Shown one piece after another: positions 46,379 through 59,421 of a stretch of DNA of 64,000 bases (positions are counted from its first letter, which is position 1; each line of letters starts with the position of its first letter). The DNA comes from Eledone cirrhosa (Eukaryota). A model generated the notes under the pieces. The model was not told the origin of the DNA. It saw only the letters and a list, made by a program, of their open reading frames with translations, and did no database searches. The stretch is taken from assembly GCA_964016885.1 (NCBI GenBank), contig OZ024741.1, positions 235,042,001 to 235,106,000 of the forward strand, given 5' to 3'. The translations under genes were made by a program, and so were the position numbers.

Positions 46379-46580
46379 TATTGTGAGGGCACGTGGCTAA
46401 GTGGTTAGAGTTTGATTCCCGGACCGGACGATGCGTTATGTTGTTATGTACTTGGACATGACACTTTATTTCACGTTGCTCCTTCTACCCAGAGTTGCGA
46501 CCGATAGAGATTATTAGCAATTAGAAAGACCAATGGAAACATTGATTCCTCGGTCCGATTTGACGAAAGTCGATCGACTG

Positions 46581-46642
<62 letters not shown>

Positions 46643-46643
<1 letters not shown>

Positions 46644-46880
46644 TAGCTGAATGAGCGGGCATTGCCCGGGTTACTGCTGTTCTTATTCAGATTAGTAAAC
46701 AATAAATAAGAAGTTTTTTTCTGAGTTTCACCCATAAAGAGACACACATACACTCACACAAACATACACTTATTAAAAACACACAGAGACAAACACACAC
46801 AGTTTCATCCCAGGTTTCGTAATGTCAGTCGTCACAGAAATGAATGTATACTCACACTCACACACACACACACGCACACG

Positions 46881-46917
<37 letters not shown>

Positions 46918-47295
46918 ATATACATATACTTGCCATGTGTAGATGTGTGTGTGCGTGTTTAATTCTCTGTGTATCTGATTAACTATTTACGTGAAGATGT
47001 ATGTGTATGTAACTTACTAAGGCCTAACGTGCGTAACGAACGCGTAAACACACACACTCACAAACACATACACATTCATATACAAAATGTGACGCCGTCG
47101 TCGTAGTGTTATAAAATGTCCGTTTATTATAGTTATAATATTTGAGATAAAATGTTATATTGTTTTAATCCAAATGAAAATTAAAATGACATGTTTTTAA
47201 ACCCGGGGTGTAATTACCTTATAACATTTGATTTGATTTGATTGGGTCGAGCCATTGAGACAGACAGAGAGACAAAGGATTTTATATAGAGAGAA
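46643..47295 (-). mobile_element. Second non-autonomous Helitron (5' end approximate)
   Basis: 3' CTAG next to (TA)n with hairpin CGGGCA-T-TGCCCG; distal end ...GGATTTTATATAGAGA. Confidence 0.55.
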
Positions 47296-47376
47296 ATAAA
47301 CACACACAGGCATACACACATATATAAACACACACACACACACACACACACATACACACACAAACACACACACACA

Positions 47377-47456
<80 letters not shown>

Positions 47457-47464
47457 TATTTAAA

Positions 47465-47775
47465 TGGAGTCATTCCATCGGTTACGACGACGAGTTTTCC
47501 AGTTGATACTATCAACGAAACAGCCTACTCGTGAAATTAACGTGCAAGTGACTGAGCATCCACAGTCACGCGTACACTTTACGTAGTTCTCAGGGAGATT
47601 CAGTGTGACACAGTGTGTGACAAGGCTGGTCCTTCGAATTACAGATACAACTCATTTTTGTCAGCTGAGTTGACTGGAGCAACGTGAAGTAAAGTGTCTT
47701 GCTCAAGGATACAACACATCACCGGCAATCGAACTCACGAACTTACGATTGTGAGCCGAAAACCTTAACCACTCA
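47465..47775 (-). mobile_element. tRNA-derived SINE
   Basis: Minus strand GAGTGGTTAAGG...GAGTTCGATTGCC...TCCTTGAGCAAGACACTTTACTTCACGTTGCTCCAG. Confidence 0.75.
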
Positions 47776-48149
47776 CTTTCACACATAAATTCATATATAA
47801 ACACACACGCACACACACACATACCCCCCCCCCCCCACACACACACACATATATATATACACAAACACATACGCAGACGCATATACACACGCACACACAT
47901 ATACAAGCACATAGGCATACACACATATAAACACACAAACATATATATAAACACACACACACACATATATATAAATAAACACACCCACACACACATATAT
48001 AAACAAACACATGCATCTATATAAATAAACACACACACACACACATATGAACAAACACAAGTACACATATATATAGAAACATACAAACACGCACCCATAT
48101 ATAAACACACACACTCATATACACAGCCACTTTACTGTGAAACCCAATA

Positions 48150-49030
48150 TAAAAAAAAAATGTTTCCCTCCTACACTTATTTTGTCACTCTCTCTCAAAA
48201 TATTACCCCTCTCTCACTAAAACATTATTCCTTTCATACTCTCTCTATATATACCACTACATGTCTCACACTCTCTCTCTCACTAGACGAACATTCTCCC
48301 TCTCTCACTAAACCATCAAATTCTCTCCCCCTCTATACATCCGACTACATACCTCACTTCCTCTCACTCTCACAATTCCCCCTCTTTCATTAAACTACAA
48401 AAAGTTCTCCCCATCTCTATATACCATTACATACCTCACTCTCTATCATTCTCACAATTCCCCCTCTCTCACTAAACCACCAAACTCTCTGCCACCCTCT
48501 ATATGCAACTACATACCTCACTCTTTCACAAATTCACCCTCTCACACTAGATCACCAAATGTTCTCCCCTCTCTATATACCAGTACATATCTCACTCTCT
48601 ATCACTCTCTTAATTCCCACTCTCTCAATAGCCCACCAAACTCTCTCCCCCTCACTATACTCCGCTACATGCTTCACTCTTTATCGCTTTCACAATTACC
48701 CCTCTCTCATTAAACCACCAAATTCTCACCCCCTCTTTATATTCCACTACATAACTCACTCACTTTCCCTCTCTTAATTCCCTCTCTCTCACTAGCCAAT
48801 AAACACTCACCCCTTTCTATAACCCACTACACACCTCCCTCTCGCTCACAAATCCCCCGTTCTTACTAGACCCCCATATTCTCTTCCCCCACTCTATACC
48901 ACTACATACCTCACTCTCTCTCACTCTCACAGTACTCCCTCTCTCACCAGGACAATACACTTTTTCACCTTCTCTATATCTCCACTACATATCTTACTTT
49001 CTCTCACAATTCCCCCTCTCTCACTAAACC
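48150..49030. repeat. ~75-bp CT-rich minisatellite (left part)
   Basis: Unit ..CCACTACATACCTCACTCTC..ACAATTCCCCCTCTCTCACTAAACCACCAAA; the array resumes after the Tx1 LINE. Confidence 0.9.
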
Positions 49031-49229
49031 AACATAGACGTGTATTACTTCGCTCCGGATTTTTACGGATTATTGTTTAAAAAAAACTGAGTTCATTGTT
49101 CAATTTATTAGCATTGTTTAGTTTAACCCCTTGCCTGGGCCTTCAGACGCTGAATCAACTAATTTTCGCCCCTTTCTGGGGCGAAATTTTCATTTTCATC
49201 TCAAAACTGTGTAGACTTGGTAGTCAACA

Positions 49230-50288
49230 ATGGATGCCATTTCAACCTCGCACACTGTCGTGAGTGCCACGCCCACTAAGAAAAGTGGTGGAGGGAAGAT
49301 AGGAGTACAAAGCTTGCAGCCTTCCCCCCTCGCATCATCGAAAAACGTTGAAAATATTGAAACCACGGAACCAAACCCGGTAAATAATACCAGCACCAAC
49401 AACAAGAACAATGACAATAACACCACAACCAACAACTGCAACAATAACAACACCAAGGAAAACATGAACAATATCACCAACAGTGACAACAGCAACAGCA
49501 AAAAAAAAAGACAACAACACCAAAACAACCTTCGCACAGACTGTAAAAAAAAACGAACTATACACCCCAATAGACATAACAAATGCTAAACAACTACTAC
49601 AAGACGCAAAACAATTTGTGACTTTTGGCGAAAACGGTGCTTTTAGCATCAATTCTCCACAGGAATTACGTAGAGAGGCTGTCCTGAAAACCACAGTTTT
49701 CAGGACAATATCGAACGAAACAAGAAAACCAGCTCAATTATCACAAAATGAAATTGAGCTGGTTCTAAAAGATGCAATAAAGGACATAACCTTCATCCAA
49801 AAAGGAAAACTGTTTGGTAGCATTTCGGTGCTAATGAATAACCAGCCAACAGCACAAAAATACTCTGTATCACCCATTGTGTCCCCCCGCTTCACCTTTT
49901 TCCCAACATACAGGGGAAAAAGGACACAAAGAATAAAAATTATGAGTATCACACCAAATGTAAATATTTGGTGGATACTATATGGATTCATTGACTTTGA
50001 TGAAGACAGGATAATTTCAGTAGGAAAGTCCTCCGGAGGTGTATTTGGTGGGACCAGCGTAGAAGTTCTGGTGCAAATGAGCCCAGAACGAATAGCGAAT
50101 ATCCCACAACGCGTGCCTCTGGACGGGCTAACTTATATAAACATTTCAGTGGAGGGAAGGCGGCCGTCATGTTACCACTGCTTAAGCAGGGGTCACCTGA
50201 GGGCTGCCTGTCCTCAATTAACGAGTCAAAAAAAAAAGGCTCTTCTGCCAACCCCGAACACAGCAACACAACCACCACAACCACCAGC

Positions 50289-50330
<42 letters not shown>

Positions 50331-51054
50331 CGGAAAAATAACAACACAAGACACTGTTCCACCCAACCCCTCCCCACCTAAAACAAATACAAAAGCAACC
50401 ACAACAAAACCCAAAAATATACCGCTCCCCAACAACACGGAAGAGGACTCCGTATCAACGTCACCCAGTGACGACGAGGGAGAACCCTTTCAACAGGTGA
50501 AAAGGAAAAAAAGGCACCACATTAACAAAAATGCCACAAACACACACCCACCAGCACAAACAGAAAAAACATCACAAACAAAAAAACCCACCCCTCCCTA
50601 AAACATAACACATACTACAAAACGCAAACACGCACAAGAACAACAAACAAAAACAAACACAACACAACAAAAACTCTATACATACATTAACAAGAACAAT
50701 AAAACTTTGATGAAAGCGATAGAAAATAACCCTTCGGTGGAAACCGAAGGGATCACTTTCACCTACGCAGCGAACAAACCGCACCTAATGATGATTAGGG
50801 TCCCAACGGAAACCTATGTAACTTTGAAAAAGAACCATCTAATGCATGTTAGGACCAACTGCACCAAACCACTTAACAGCGTCCTATTGAGATGTTTCCC
50901 CACCCCCACACCAGACACCCACACCCCACCAAACACCCTAATCCCACCACACACTGATGTCCTCACCCCACAACAAACCACCACCCCACCAAACAACCCT
51001 TCCAACACCCCTATGGAAATTGTGCAGCCTGTTCCCCAGGAGATGAAGAGGTAA
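49230..51054 (+). pseudogene. Tx1 ORF1 (gag-like, CCHC knuckle); one frameshift near the A-run at ~49500 and an in-frame TAA at 50599
   Basis: VEGRRPSCYHCLSRGHLRAAC knuckle, Asn/Thr-rich N-terminus, poly-Gln and basic FQQVKRKKR motif. ORFs 49483 and 50707 share a frame. Confidence 0.8.
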
Positions 51055-51096
51055 GTAATTTCCTTTCCTCTTCCTTTTTACCTCTTCAGCACCAAC

Positions 51097-54000
51097 ATGG
51101 CCAATATAAGAATTGGATGTGTGAATGCACGCGGCCTGGGGATGTCCTGGAAACAGGGCAAACTCTTAAATGACCTCAGGTCGCATAGAGTGGATGTAAT
51201 GGTTATTTGCGAGTCCAGGATCAGCAGCGAGCGCCAACTGGCCCCCATCTTCGACGACTTTGAGATCTTCGCATATCTCTGTCAGCCGAGGGGTGGGGTG
51301 GGGTTGTCGTTCTGCTGCGAAAATACCTGGGTCTTGCCACACAGAAGGTACACCTGGACCCGGAGAGTCGACTGGTGGTTTTAGACGTCGGCAGTGGTGA
51401 AGGTGAAGCTTTCAGGCTGGTGGCAGCGTATGCCCCATCTGGGACACCGCGACCGGACTTCTTCCGACGCCTGGAGAATTTCCTGGGAACGTCTCGCTCC
51501 TTGCTTTTAGTGGGGGACTGGAATGGTATCCTGGATGCACGTTGGGACTATGTAGGGGCATGTCCCGATAGAGGGGGGTGTAACAGCCTCAAACGATTAA
51601 TCAGCCGATTTGATCTGGCCGATAGATATCGACTAGATTTTCCGACTGTGCCACTGTGGACATGGACTAATCGCAACGGAACATCTAGGTCGTACCTAGG
51701 TAGGTTCCTAGTTAGAAATAAGGATAGGGACATATTAAGCTGTCCACGAATGTTCATGGTTGACTATTCGGATCACAAGTTGGTGACCGGAGTGGTCAAC
51801 CTTGATAGAACTCATAGACAGGGACCCGGTTACTGGAAGCTAAACTTGTCTTTACCGACAAACAAAGCTTACAGTAAGCGGATTAGCACACTAGTTAAGC
51901 AGCGTTTGACGGGGGCAATTGTCAACAGCAGGTGGTGGGGCTCTCTCAAGAGAGAAATTAGAATAGAATCGATAGGTTTTAGTCGGGAATTAGCATCAGA
52001 TAGGAATAGAACTGAAAGGGAATTAACAAATAGAGTAGAAGAGGCGATTAGGAGTGGCAACGTGGCCGGTGTGCTGGCGTCAAGAACGGCCCTAGACCTG
52101 TTCTTTTATGCGAAGCACGAGGGCTGCGTTGTCAGGAGTAAAATATGTGCTCTGGGTAACGAGGGAGCCAAAGCTGTTAGCTGGGCCCGAGTGACAGAAG
52201 CAAAAAGTGGAAACAAGTCTACGATTCGGTCTTTGAAGGACCAGGATGGACGCGTGATCCTTGAACCTGAGCGGAAGAGCGCGGCCTTTCAACGGCGCTT
52301 TGCACGATTGTTCGGGAGGGGCGGCGGGCCGGGTGGGGCCATGGATTTCGGTCCATACCTCGACGGTCTGGCGCGGCTCTCGAATGGAGAGGCGAAGTCT
52401 TGCGAGAGGCCGATTTCAGCCGCTGAAATAGGGGAAGCGCTGAGCCAATGCGGCAAACGCAAATCTCCGGGTCTCGATGGTCTACCATATGAACTTTATG
52501 TAGCGATGCCGGGCTTGTTCTCCGGTCTCCTCGAGGCGGTCTACTGCAACTGGCAACAGAACGGGAGAATTCCCAGTTCTGTGACCAAGGGCGTAGTCAC
52601 GCTGGTGAGGAAGGACGAGAACAAGGGGGATGACAGATAACTTCAGGCCCATAACTCTGCTAAACACAGAGTTAAAGATTTTGGCCAAGGTGTTAGCGAA
52701 GAGGTTGGCGCTTGTCGTCGGGAACCTGGTGGGAGAAGCGCAGACATGCGCAATCCCGTCCAGGTCCATACACGACAACCTCCAACTCATGCGATACATC
52801 GTAGAGAGGGTAGGGAACGAACCCGGCTTTGGTCGGGCCCTGATCAACTTGGATCAATCTAAGGCGTTCGATAGGGTTTACCATCGGTACCTGGATGCGG
52901 TGCTCGCGGCGGCAGGCTTCGGACCCCTTTTCAGGGGCTGGATTGCTGCAATGCACAGCAGCAACACTTGCTCGAGGGTCAAGGTGAACGGCTACCTCTC
53001 GGAGCCGTTCCAAATCACGTGATTCATCCGACAGGGATGCCCTCTCTCCTCACTCCTGTATGTGCTGGCTCTCGAGCCACTACTGCGGAAGCTGGAGCTT
53101 TTGCAGGGCATCCCCTTGGAACCGGGATTGCGGAAAGCGGTGTCGGCCTACGCCGATGACGTGACAGTAATGGTGTTGTGCGCCTCGGAAATCGGGCAGA
53201 TCGGCACCTTACTGGAGGAATATGAAAGGTTCACAGGAGCCAAGCTAAACCGGGACAAGTCCGTCGGTTTGCAACTCGGGACGTGGAGGGGCAAAACGAT
53301 GCCCTCCGACGGCATCGTCGGACGCTGGACGGAGGGATCGGTGAAGCTGCTCGGGGTCTGGTTCGAACCGGACCTCCAGGTGGAGAAAAACTGGGACGAG
53401 GTAACGGGCAAGGTGTTTGCACTCGCCCAGAAGTGGGCCGAGTGCAAACTATCCCTGAAAGGTCGAGCGGAGGTGGCGAACGCTTATATAGCGTCCGTCA
53501 TCTACTACCGCTTGACCGTCGTGCCTTGCCCAGAGAAAACACTCGCCAAAATGGAGCGCGCGCTCTTCCGATTTCTTTGGAAGAAGCGGGCTCTTTTGGT
53601 GAGAAGATCCATCTGTTGTCAACACCCTTCGAACGGAGGGCTGGGGATGCCGTGGCTGAAGATGCGTAGACACGCATTAAGGCTATGGCACCTCCAGGTA
53701 TTCCTCACCGGTCAGCCGGTGTGGGCCCTGTTTGTGAGGCGAACTTTTTCGAGACTCGTCTCACTCACCGAGCTGCAGTCCTGGGTCAAGCAAAGACCGA
53801 GAAAAGTGGGCGACTGGCACATTGAATGTGCCCAGGCGCTCACGGCCCTCTGGCAAGCGGATCCGGCAATCAGTGGAGACTCAACCTCAACATTCTATAG
53901 AGGGTTGGTGCGCAGTAAGTGTGACGACGCTCTCGGAGAGGCTCTGGCATGGAGGATGGTGAGCTGGCCAGTCTGTTCGGTAGGACGTTTGGCCCGGGAC

Positions 54001-54531
54001 CGATGGACAACTTCCAAAAGTCCCTGGCTTGGCAATGTTACCGAGGAGCTCTACCCGTTCGGGACAAGCTCTACAGACACGGGCGCCCGGGTAGGGACCC
54101 CTCGAAGAAGATCTGTCCGAGATGTGTGCGTGACGAGGAAACCGTCGCACACGCATTCGTACACTGCCCGGGCGTTGCTGACCTGTGGGGCTATGTGGAA
54201 CGACTGCTGTCGCGGGTGGGACCAATCCGGTTGACCACCGAGAACATTGTCACGATCAAACCGCCTCCCCCTTTCAAAAACGAAGGAGAGGCGGTTTTCC
54301 TCTGTGTGATAGCTATGGCGAAAGAAGTTGTATGGTGGACAAGGTTGAAAAGGCTGAGGTCAGACACCTTTCTCTCCGGCTAACAACTGGTCTTTTTTTT
54401 TCAAGTACCACTTTAGAAGAAGGATCAGAATGGAGAGAGAGGTGCTGTACCCCAGCAAGTTTTATGAAAGGTGGGTGAAAGTAGCGAGAATGGCCCGAGT
54501 GAATGGGCTTTCTCTCTATATCAGCTTGTAG
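51097..54531 (+). pseudogene. Tx1 ORF2: AP endonuclease, reverse transcriptase and C-terminal zinc knuckle, with several frameshifts and stops
   Basis: NARGL, VGDWN, SDHKLV, YWKLN, KSPGLDGLP, FRPITLLN, LDQSKAFDRV, RQGCPLS, YADD, CPRC..ETVAHAFVHC. Confidence 0.93.
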
Positions 54532-54772
54532 GTGAGAGAGGAGAAGAATGAGAAGAGGAAAGAAGCACCCGCTCTTTGTGCTCCTGAAGAGGAGGGTTGC
54601 ACATTTTTTCGGGGGTGTGTGCGACCCATGTCAACACCCCTCCCTATTGAGGACATCGATTGTTAAATTTAATTTGTTATATGTTTTTACACGTCCTTTT
54701 AAATGTATGTAAACTCCCCCTTTGTATTTGTCCCAATCTTTGATGCCCTGGTGGCAAATAAATAGAAATTTA

Positions 54773-55467
54773 TATCCCACTACATACCTCACTCTCGCTC
54801 ACAATTCCCCCTCTCTCACTAGACCACCAAATTCTCTCTCCCACTTTATATTCCACTACATACCTCTTTTACTCTCTTAACTCACCCCTCTGTCACTAGG
54901 CTAATAAACTCTCACGATTCTCTATAACCCACTACATACCTCACTGAAAATCCGTCTCTTCATTGCTGTAGTGGAGTCTGTGCTGCTGTACGGGTCTGAG
55001 ACTTGGACACTGACCAAGATGGTGGATGGGTGCTACATGAGAATGCTGAGGATGGCTCTGAACATTAATCAGTATACACTGAGGATGAAAAACTCAGAGC
55101 TATATGGGAGCCTCCCAAAAGTCAGCTCAAAAGTGATACAGAGGAGACTGAGGTTAGCTGGACATGCTCACCGACATCCAGAGTTGACATTGCACTCAGT
55201 GCTCCTGTGGGAGCCCCTATATGGACACACTGGAAGTGGAAGACCAAGGTTAACGTATGTTTATGCCCTAAGGACAGACCCTGGTCTGTTGGAGTCGCAG
55301 GACATGGCAGCGATAATGAGGGACAGAGACCGCTGGAGAGAACTCGTCCATGGATCTCGGGAATTTTACCCGCCCTAGAAATACCTCACTTTTATTCACT
55401 CTCTTAATTCACCCTCTTTCACTAAACCAACAAATTCTCCCCCGCTCTCTATATTCAACTACATACC

Positions 55468-55502
<35 letters not shown>

Positions 55503-55645
55503 GTTCCCCCTCTCTCACTAGATTAACAAATTCTCTCCCCCTTCTCTGTATTCCTCTACATACCTCACTCCCTCTCCCTCACTCTCACAATAGCCCTTCT
55601 CTCACTAAACCATCAAATTTTCTCCCCTCTCTATATTCCACTACA
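54773..55645. repeat. ~75-bp CT-rich minisatellite (right part)
   Basis: Same unit as 48150-49030. Confidence 0.88.
54946..55380 (+). mobile_element. 5'-truncated RTE-type LINE 3' end
   Basis: VESVLLYGSETWTLT, RRLRLAGH, GRPRLTY, DRDRWR; exact 10-bp TSD ATACCTCACT at 54936-54945 and 55381-55390. Confidence 0.88.
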
Positions 55646-56119
55646 GTATTTTTTACTTTGAAACAACAAATGTTTTCATTTTCTGTAAAGAAAGACAAAG
55701 TTCTCACCCCCTCCCCCACCTTTCTTCAAGTTAGAGGGGGGGGGGTGGATATTGAGAAAGAATCTACTCCAGTACTGGACTGGTACATTTTTTATTCGAC
55801 CTTCAAAAGATGAAAAGCAAGCGCCAAGACGAAACGAACACCGCAAAGCATTCTATCCGGCGGTCTAACGACTCTGCCAATTCGCCGCATAATCTACATA
55901 ATCATTATACAATACTGTAGCTCAATTTACACAGCCCAAGAACTAAAAATAAGGAAATATACAGGTAATTAAGCGAGTAAGTATTAATTAGAGAAGGGAG
56001 TAGTGATTATGATACAGAGTATTAATTTGGACAAGCGACAGGTAAATTAGAAATAGATGCAGGTCTCATGCATCTTTCTTATTCAGAAAACAAATCAGAT
56101 CTGTCTATAAATGTCTATT

Positions 56120-56450
56120 TTATAATGGTTTCTGATTTAGACACAAGGCTAGCAATTTTAGGGGAGGGGAAAGTCGATTAAATCGAACCCCGTGCGTGAC
56201 TCGTACTTTATTTTATCGACCCCATAAGGATAAAAGGCAGAGCTAACCTTGGTGGGATTTGAACTCAGAACGTAAAGGGCTGCAACTCTATGCCACAAAG
56301 CATGTTGTCCGACGCTCTACCGATACTGCCAATCCGCTGTCTATTTAATAATTGTTTCTACTTTTAGCACAAGGGCAGCAATTACCCAGTACATTACTGG
56401 TACTTTATTGTATCGACCCCGTAAGGATGAAAGGCAAAGTTAACCTTAGA
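56120..56450 (-). mobile_element. Two tandem S1 SINEs (second partial)
   Basis: S1 core present twice. Confidence 0.8.
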
Positions 56451-56494
56451 GGGAGTAGCTGGTCTGTTGTAGAGTTCAGAGAGCAACAATTAAG

Positions 56495-57595
56495 AGAATA
56501 ACTACTAATTAACACAATGACTAGAAATTAATTACAAGAACTTGTAATTAGAACAAAGACTAGTAATTAGAAGGTTTAGAAATTAGGACTTATATTAGTG
56601 ATTAGGACAAGTAATTAGGACAGAGATTAGTAATTAGAAGGAGTAGCAATTAGGGCAGGTACTATTAATTAGAATTAATAATTAGAAGGAGTAGTAATTA
56701 GGACAGAGATTAGTAATTAGAAGGAGTTGTAATTTAGGACAGAGATTAAGAATTGGGGCAGAGATTAGTAATTAGGAGTAGTAACTAACATAGAGACAGA
56801 AATTAATTACAACGACTTGTAATTAGTAAAAATACTAGTAATTATAATGGGTAATACTTAGGACAGAGATTAGGAATTAGGAGTAGTAATTAGGGCAGAT
56901 TAGTAATTAGGAGTAGTAATTAGGAGAGATACTAGTAATTAAAATGGGTTGTAAGTAAGACAGAGATTAGTAATAAGGAGTAATAATTAAGAAAGGGACT
57001 GGTAATTAGACGGAGTAATTATGACGGAGATTAGTAATTACAAAGAGGAGTAATTAGGAAAGAGGTTAGTAATTAGAAGGAGTAGTAATTAGTACAAGTA
57101 TTATTCATTAGAATGAGTATTAATTAAGACAGAAATGAGTAAATAGGAGTAATTATGACGGAGATCAGTAGTTAGAAAGAGTAGTAATAATTAGTACAGG
57201 TACTAGTAATTAGCAGGTGTAATAACTAGTATAGGGATTAGTAATTAGAAGGAAGAATAATTAATACAGACACTAGTCTATAGAAGGAAGAGTAGTTAAG
57301 AGAGAAAAAAGCAATTAGGATGGAGTTTAAATTAATATAAGCACAATTAAATACGAGGAGGAGTAATTAAGACAGAACTAGTAATTAGAAGGATTAGTAA
57401 TTAGTAGAGAGACTAGTAATTAGTAAAGGTACTAGTAGTTAGGAGGTGTAGTAATTAGTTAAAAAGAGAGTGATTTGTAATTAGGAGGCGTCACAATTAG
57501 AACAAAGAATGATTTAGCAATTTATGTGCTAGCATGTAGAATATGACTATTAATTAGGGGAAGGGCAGTAATTAAGAAAGGTACTAGTAATTGTG
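56495..57595. repeat. Diverged short-period array with conserved core (T)AGTAATTAG and variable purine-rich linkers
   Basis: Dozens of TAATTA(G) cores at ~13-20 bp spacing. Confidence 0.88.
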
Positions 57596-57727
57596 ATATT
57601 TTAGATTTATTGATAGACACCTGTCACTTGCAATGTCTTTTTTTTTTCATATTTGGTCTGAAAGGAAACACTCGTATTTTTTACCCAGGAACCCATACTG
57701 ACTTGTAGGGACACTCTTGGAGGGGAT

Positions 57728-58049
57728 CAGGGCCGGATTTAATGGGGGGGAAAAGGGGGCAATTGCCCAGGACCCCCTGCAGTGGGGGATGGGGGCACCA
57801 GCGACAGCCCTAGCAATTCATTTGTGCCTTCAGCTGGGCTTTTTAGTTTTCGGATAGTTAGAATTTTTAATGTAATACCTATATGTATAACTTTTCAATT
57901 CCATTTACTTGTGCAAAGCTAACTTTGATATGTAAAATTGGGGTGGGTGCTGTGTATTCTAATTTGTGTGTGCCCCCCCCCCCCCCCCCCCCCCAAAAAA
58001 AAACCCCACTTAAGTGCCTCGGGTTCACCAAGGTCTTAATCCAGCCATG
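57728..58049. mobile_element. hAT-type MITE
   Basis: TIRs CAGGGCCGGATT / AATCCAGCCATG; 8-bp TSD GAGGGGAT (57720-57727) / GAGGAGAT (58050-58057). Confidence 0.75.
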
Positions 58050-58344
58050 GAGGAGATAGGGCTTTAGAAGGATTTATTTTCCAGAAATGTGGCACGGCTA
58101 ACTGAAAATATTAATGATTTCTAATTTAGGCACAAGGCCAGCAATTTGCGGAAATGGGGAAGACGATTAAATCGACCAGCAGTATTGGACTGGTGCAATA
58201 TTTTATCGATCTCTGAAAAGATGAAAAGCAAAATTGACCTCAGCGGTACGTGAACTCAGGCTCGTAAAAATATCAAAAAGCCTGTTCGACGCTCTAACGA
58301 TTCCGCTAATCTAATCTCTGTCTCGAGCCCGGAAGCTCATCAGG

Positions 58345-59237
58345 CCAGTGAGTATAGGTAGACCCATAGCTTTTTTCCTTCAGTAATTATCCGGAGATCT
58401 ACCTCGTTGGGCAGCTGTATATAGTTTGGGATTTTTTTCTATTTGATCTGGCTTTACCTGGAGCAGAATCTCCAGGTTTATCCCGGACAAATTTTGTCTT
58501 TCACTCCTTTTGATCTCGAGGAGTGTGTTCGGGTCTCCAAGGACAACGCAGGTCAAGATCCACTAGATGTTTAGGCCCAGTAGAGCACCTGGTATTCTCA
58601 GCCTAACAGTTCTCCTTGAAAGATACATTGGATTCAGGATGAACTCCTCACTCCAACGGGAGACCACCGAATGTTTTGTTTTCGCGCGAGGTCCTCACTT
58701 TTGATACTGACAAACTGTCTTCCTCGTTAAATATGTGCCACATCTTGCATTACCTCTTTTAGAATTTTCTCCATCTGAGCAACTGTGGCATGTTTTAGGC
58801 TCGCCAGACCCGCAGTACACAGTTCTGTAGAGGACGTTTTTTTTTGCCCTTTCTTCCACTATTTCAGGTTGCACCATTACTGCCACATTCCCACCTTCAA
58901 ATTTTATTAATTTTTTTAGCTTGAGCCAATTCAAGTCCTTTGTTTTGTGATGTTAATTGATGTATTTCTTCTTTAGTGACTTAGTGACACTGTCTGATAA
59001 AAGATTTTGCTGTTGTTGTTGTTGTTGTTGTTGGTGCTATTCATTTTTCATTGTTTTTGTTGTTGCGTTTGCTTTTGTTACTGCTGTTGTTCTATTGTTG
59101 CTGTTATTGTCATTTCTGTTGCTGTTACGGCTGCTTTTATTGTTGCTGCTGCTGCTGCTGCTACTGTTGTTGTTGTTGTTGCTGCTGCTGCTGTTGTTGT
59201 TGCTGCTACTGCTGCTGCTGCTGCTACTGTTGTTTTT

Positions 59238-59268
<31 letters not shown>

Positions 59269-59327
59269 TTGTTGTTACTGCTGCTGCTGCTGTTGTTGTT
59301 GTTGTTGTTGCTGCTGCTGTTGTTGTT

Positions 59328-59361
<34 letters not shown>

Positions 59362-59387
59362 ATGCTGCTGCTACTGTTGTTTTTGTT

Positions 59388-59421
<34 letters not shown>

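Larger units (their letters stand above)
49031..54772 (+). mobile_element. Near full-length Tx1/L1-clade LINE
   Basis: 5' UTR, ORF1, ORF2 (APE-RT-CCHC) and 3' UTR with AATAAA; inserted into the 75-bp minisatellite without an obvious TSD. Confidence 0.93.
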
